Notes under the pieces: model-generated | Seen by the model: the letters and a program-made list of their open reading frames with translations, nothing else | Databases searched by the model: none | What the model was told of the DNA's origin: nothing | Position numbers and translations under genes: made by a program | In this document: piece by piece, positions 59,685 through 64,000 of the stretch | How positions within the stretch are numbered: position 1 is the stretch's first letter | Layout: every line of letters starts with the position of its first letter | Source: Gemmatimonadota bacterium | GTDB taxonomy: Bacteria; Gemmatimonadota; Gemmatimonadetes; Gemmatimonadales; GWC2-71-9 | NCBI GenBank assembly: GCA_039588295.1 | Contig: JBDHAB010000006.1 | Location: forward strand, 32,001-96,000 | Direction: 5' to 3' | Length of the DNA: 64,000 nucleotides

Positions 59685-61343
59685 CTACTTGGCGTGCGCG
59701 AGCCGCGTAGGCCCTGCAGCCACCACCTCGGCTGGGCACCCGTCGGCGAAGAGCTTGAAGTTCTCGATGTAGCGCGCAGCGAGCGCGTCGTACTTCTTCC
59801 AGTACTCTTCTTTGTTACCCCATGACTCTGCGGGATCGAGGACGTCGGCCGGAACGTCAGGGCATTCACCAGGCACGTCGAAACCAAACAGCTTGTCCTT
59901 GCGGTACTGCACGTTGGCAAGCTTCCCGTCCAGAGCAGCGTTCAATAGCGCGCGGGTGTGGCGGATGCTGATCCGCTTGCCCACCCCGAATCGCCCGCCG
60001 GTCCAGCCCGTGTTGACCAGCCAGCACGTGGCGCCGTGCTTGGCCATCTTCTGGCTCAACAGCCGGGCGTAGGTGAACGGATGATGCACCATGAACGGGG
60101 CGCCGAAGCAGGCGCTGAACGTGATCTGCGGCTCGATGCCGAGACCGATTTCCGTACCGGCGATCTTCGACGTGTACCCGCTGATGAAGTGGTACTGCGC
60201 CTGCTCCGAGTCGAGCCGCGCAATCGGCGGCAGCACCCCCGAGGCGTCGCAGGTCAGAAAGATCACATTCTTCGGGTGCGACCGCGCCATGCGCTCGGGC
60301 ACGGTGTTGGGGATGGACTCGAGCGGGTACGAGGCCCGCGTATTCTCGGTGATGGCGTCGTCGTCGAGATCAACACGGCGGGTAGTCGGGTCGTAGATGA
60401 CGTTCTCCAGGATCGTGCCGAACCGACGCGTGGCCGAGTAAATCTCGGGCTCGTTCTCTGGAGAGAGTCGAATGACCTTTGCGTAGCACCCGCCCTCGAA
60501 GTTGAACACCCCGTCGTCGCTCCACCCATGCTCGTCATCCCCGATGAGACGACGCGCGGGATCGGCCGACAGCGTGGTCTTCCCGGTTCCACTCAAGCCG
60601 AAGAACAGGGCAACGTCTCCACCCTTGCCCACGTTGGCGGAGCAGTGCATGGCCAGCACGCCCTCGAGCGGAAGAAGGAAGTTGAGCACTGTGAAGATGG
60701 TCTTCTTGATCTCTCCGCCGTATGCCGAGTTGCAGATGACGGCAGTACGTTGCGCGAAGTTCAGTACGATCGCGGTCCCGGTTCGTGTGCCGTCCACGCG
60801 TGGATCGGCCTGAAACGACGGTGCGGCCATCACCGTGAACTCAGGAACGTGCTTCTTGAAATCGTCCTGTCTCTCGATACCGATGAACATGTTCTTTGCG
60901 AAGAGGCTGTGCCACGCCTTCTCCGTCACGATCCGGACAGGCATCTGGTAGTCTGGGTCGGCTCCCGCCCAGCAGTCCTGGACGAATAGCTCCTCTCCCT
61001 GCCAGAACGCCTGAAGCCGGGCGAGCAGCGCGTTGAACTTCTCGGGCGCGAACGGTCGGTTGTACTCACCCCACCAGACGTGTTCCAGCGTCGACGGTTC
61101 GCGGACGACGAACTTGTCAGCGGCAGCGCGGGCCGTGTGCTTCCCCGTGTTGACGAGAAACGGCCCCCCGTCGGCGACGCGGCCCTCGCCGCGGAATACG
61201 GCTTCCTCGTAGAGAGCCGGTGTAGGGAGGTTCCAGAACACGCGATCCAGGTGAAGCAAGCCATGGTTCTTGAGGCCGTAGTCGCTCTTCAAGTCCGTTG
61301 CCTGTTTGACGGCCGGTGTATCAAACTTGAGGTACTTCGCCAT
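59685..61343 (-). CDS. pckA: phosphoenolpyruvate carboxykinase (ATP)
   Basis: YGGEIKK, MHCSAN, GLSGTGKTTLS, IGDDEHGW, NFEGGCYAK, LVNTGWTGG. Confidence 0.96.
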   Translation of the reverse strand: MAKYLKFDTPAVKQATDLKSDYGLKNHGLLHLDRVFWNLPTPALYEEAVFRGEGRVADGGPFLVNTGKHTARAAADKFVVREPSTLEHVWWGEYNRPFAPEKFNALLARLQAFWQGEELFVQDCWAGADPDYQMPVRIVTEKAWHSLFAKNMFIGIERQDDFKKHVPEFTVMAAPSFQADPRVDGTRTGTAIVLNFAQRTAVICNSAYGGEIKKTIFTVLNFLLPLEGVLAMHCSANVGKGGDVALFFGLSGTGKTTLSADPARRLIGDDEHGWSDDGVFNFEGGCYAKVIRLSPENEPEIYSATRRFGTILENVIYDPTTRRVDLDDDAITENTRASYPLESIPNTVPERMARSHPKNVIFLTCDASGVLPPIARLDSEQAQYHFISGYTSKIAGTEIGLGIEPQITFSACFGAPFMVHHPFTYARLLSQKMAKHGATCWLVNTGWTGGRFGVGKRISIRHTRALLNAALDGKLANVQYRKDKLFGFDVPGECPDVPADVLDPAESWGNKEEYWKKYDALAARYIENFKLFADGCPAEVVAAGPTRLAHAK

Positions 61344-61418
61344 AGTGTCTTCCTCGTGTGCAGAGTGCGGGGAGGCGCGTTCGGCGCTCGACCGCCGGTT
61401 CTCGACCCGCTTAGCGTG

Positions 61419-62636
61419 CTACATCCAGTCGCGAACGAGCTTACGGTCACCAATGTACAACTCGTTGGGCGCGTTCGGATCGAGCGCCCACTTCATGCGC
61501 TCGACACCTTCCGTGATGTCCTTGACAGCGCCGCAGGTGGAGAGACGCAGATAGCCTTCCATCCCGAACTCGACGCCAGGAACTGTCACCACGCGGACTC
61601 GCTCCAGCAAGAATTGTGAGAGTTTCGTGGAGTCTTTCTCGTAGTAGCTGAAATCGGCGAAGCAATAGAACGTACCGTCGGGCTTCGTGACCTTGACTCC
61701 ATCGAACGCGTCCAACCGTGCCATCATGACGTTGCGGTTGTTCTCGAGCGTGAGCCGTAAGCTCTCCACGCTGGATTGCACTCCGTTGATGGCAGCGACG
61801 GCGGCGTGTTGGCACAGCGCCGGAGGGCCCGACGTCTCGTGACCTTGGATGTTGGTCATCACCTGGATGAGCTTCTTGTTTGCGACGGCCCACCCGATTC
61901 GGAACCCGGTCATCGCGTATTGCTTGGATACGCCGTTGATCACTACGAGCTTCGAGTTCTCGGACAGGTCTCTTGCGTAGTCGTAGCAGTTGATGGGCTT
62001 GCGACCATCGAAGATCAGGCGATGATAGATATCATCCATGATCAAGTAGATGCCGCGCTTCTCGCAGAACTCTACGATCTCGGTGATGAACTGCTCGGTG
62101 TACATGGCGCCCGAGGGATTGTTCGGGCTGTTGATGATCACGGCTTTCGTGTACGAGGTGACGTTCCGCTCGATATCCTGGAGCCGTGGGTGGAAGGAAC
62201 CGTCGTCGGCCGTGACCGGGACCGGAACGGCTCCGCACAGTTTCACCATTTCGGGATAGCTCACCCAGTACGGCACGGGGAAGATGACTTCATCCTGAGG
62301 ATTCAGAATCGCGTGGAGGCAGACCATGATGGACTGCTTCGCTCCTCCGGAGGCGATGATGTGCTCGGGCTCGACCCTCCGGTGGTAAAAGTCCTCCGTA
62401 TACCGGATGATGGCCTGCTTGAGCGCCGGAATGCCGTCGGCGGGCGTGTAGCGGACCTCGCCGGAACTCAGCAAAGCCGCAGCCGCGACCAGCGCGTCGA
62501 TGGGAGGTTTGCTCTTCGGTTCTCCACCGCCCAGGTGGATGACGGGCTCGCCTTTCGCCCGCAATATGGCGGCCGTCTCATTCAGCTTCAGGGTTGCCGA
62601 TTCGCCAATCGACTTCCCAATCAGACTGATGCTCAT
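61419..62636 (-). CDS. aspC: class I PLP aminotransferase (aspartate aminotransferase-like)
   Basis: GGAKQ, PYWVSY, NSPNNPSG, DDIY, SKQYAMTGFRIG. Confidence 0.85.
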   Translation of the reverse strand: MSISLIGKSIGESATLKLNETAAILRAKGEPVIHLGGGEPKSKPPIDALVAAAALLSSGEVRYTPADGIPALKQAIIRYTEDFYHRRVEPEHIIASGGAKQSIMVCLHAILNPQDEVIFPVPYWVSYPEMVKLCGAVPVPVTADDGSFHPRLQDIERNVTSYTKAVIINSPNNPSGAMYTEQFITEIVEFCEKRGIYLIMDDIYHRLIFDGRKPINCYDYARDLSENSKLVVINGVSKQYAMTGFRIGWAVANKKLIQVMTNIQGHETSGPPALCQHAAVAAINGVQSSVESLRLTLENNRNVMMARLDAFDGVKVTKPDGTFYCFADFSYYEKDSTKLSQFLLERVRVVTVPGVEFGMEGYLRLSTCGAVKDITEGVERMKWALDPNAPNELYIGDRKLVRDWM

Positions 62637-62932
62637 TGCTGTTCCTTTGACTAGTGGTCGGGTCGGGTTCAGCGCGCCGGATCCGACGTCAGATCAGCCC
62701 CTCCCAACCGCGTTCCCTGCAAGAAGGTAGGACTCAGGACGCCCGTGAGAACCTTCAATCTACCGCCTTGGCGCAGTCCCCCTCAAGCGGTACGGGCCCG
62801 TCTCGGCGGGCTCGGCACACGCCGGTCCCCGGGGGCCCTTGGCCCCCCATTGAGTCGATTTCCCGCCCGGCGGTTGACCTTGGGGCGACGGATCGCCAAG
62901 CTAGCTGTGTCCCTACGCCGCTGAGACACCCA

Positions 62933-63673
62933 ATGTCGATGGCCGATGCCCTTCGGGATGTGACGTTGTTCTCGCAGCTCCGTGACGACGATCTCGCACG
63001 GATCGGCGAGGCCGCGCGGCGTCGCACCTACTCCAAGAACAGCATCATCCTGCTCCAGCACAATCCGGTGGACGGGCTCTATCTGGTGGTGCAGGGGCGG
63101 GTGAAACTGGTGCAAACGGCCGAAGATGGGCGAGAGGTGATCCTCTCCACTCGCAGCGTCGGCGATTTCTTCGGCGAAATGTCGCTCGTCGACAACGAGC
63201 CAAGTGCTACAACGGTCATAGCGATGGACGATTCCGAGATCCTCGTGCTCCGACGCGAGGACTTCCAGCGGTGCCTCGAAGCCATGCCGCAGATCTCGTT
63301 CGGGCTCATGCGTTCGCTCTGCAGTCGACTCCGGCAGGCGGACCGGCGGATCAGCAGTCTCACGCTGCTCGATGTGCCGCAGCGCGTGGCCCATCTGCTG
63401 CTCGAGCTGGCCGATGAGAATGACGGCGTCCACGTGCTGCAGCCGCTCACGCACCAGGTGATCGCTCAGATTGTGGGTTCCAGCCGTGAAACGGTCACGC
63501 GGACGATGCGCCAGCTTGTAACCGACGGCTTGATCAGCGTGTCGCGGAAGTCGGTGGCCATGCCCAATCGTCGGCGCGGAGAAGCGCCCGGTGGGACCAC
63601 CATCCAGGTCCAGCGACGGGTGATCACCGTCCTGGATCGGGCACGAATGGAGGAAGCCGCCGCCCGAACGTAG
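62933..63673 (+). CDS. Crp/Fnr family transcriptional regulator
   Basis: cNMP-binding fold (GDFFGEMSL); HTH LTHQVIAQIVGSSRETVTR. Confidence 0.9.
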   Translation: MSMADALRDVTLFSQLRDDDLARIGEAARRRTYSKNSIILLQHNPVDGLYLVVQGRVKLVQTAEDGREVILSTRSVGDFFGEMSLVDNEPSATTVIAMDDSEILVLRREDFQRCLEAMPQISFGLMRSLCSRLRQADRRISSLTLLDVPQRVAHLLLELADENDGVHVLQPLTHQVIAQIVGSSRETVTRTMRQLVTDGLISVSRKSVAMPNRRRGEAPGGTTIQVQRRVITVLDRARMEEAAART

Positions 63674-63713
63674 CCCGGCAGCGGCGGTGGAATCTCCAGA
63701 TTCCGCGGCTTGC

Positions 63714-64000
63714 CTAGCCGGCGGCGATCCTCAGCAGCTCCTCCTCGATCACACCGCGGAATAGCGCCACCTTGTAACCGTTGCGCTGGAGTGGAACGGC
63801 GTCCCGCATCGCCGCCGCCGCCGCCTCCGACGCCAACGCTGACGACAGGCTCTTCCCGACAATCACCGATTCCACCTCCCGAGAGCGCCACGGGACGGGT
63901 GCCGCCCCGCTCAGGACGACGCGCGCGTCGCTGACCCGGGTGCCGCTGAACCGAAGCGCGAGTGCCACGCCGGCGAGTGCAAAGTCCCATGCGCCACGAG
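63714..64000 (-). CDS. C-terminus of a xanthine dehydrogenase family FAD-binding subunit (5'-partial)
   Basis: RGAWDFALAGVA, ARVVLSGAAPVPWR, PLQRNGYKV; frame runs off the window end. Confidence 0.85.
   Translation of the reverse strand, partial: RGAWDFALAGVALALRFSGTRVSDARVVLSGAAPVPWRSREVESVIVGKSLSSALASEAAAAAMRDAVPLQRNGYKVALFRGVIEEELLRIAAG

Overview
High-GC bacterial chromosomal window, probably Gemmatimonadota-like (inferred from two Ser/Thr kinase-TolB_N-TPR paralogues, a clade II nos cluster and the general gene content). No rRNA, tRNA, CRISPR array, transposase or phage gene was recognised. In order it holds: a dockerin/Ig/beta-helix surface protein, cysK-like and thrC genes, pfkA with a hexosamine/galactose salvage cluster (GH109, phosphatase, GalK-family kinase, Na+/solute symporter, nucleotidyltransferase), an NfeD-flotillin pair, a clade II N2O reductase operon (nosZ-B-D-F-Y) divergent from an Fe-S Rrf2 regulator across a perfect palindromic operator, GH20, a large eukaryote-like PurL, a GAF3-PAS histidine kinase operon, an acyl-CoA oxidase-like gene, tricorn protease, an octaheme cytochrome lipoprotein, a diheme-TPR cytochrome, aspC-pckA and a Crp/Fnr regulator. 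Top observations: (1) a hidden exported CopG/DUF411-family gene (22588-23061) with an in-frame TGA exactly at the first Cys of the CGCC motif and a hairpin right after it, i.e. a probable selenoprotein about 2 kb from a nosL-less nos operon; (2) a HisKA-REC-Ser/Thr kinase fusion linking two-component phosphorelay to a Hanks kinase; (3) three gene remnants; (4) an AT-rich 30-bp tandem repeat upstream of the octaheme gene. All family calls come from motif recognition by eye; no searches were run.
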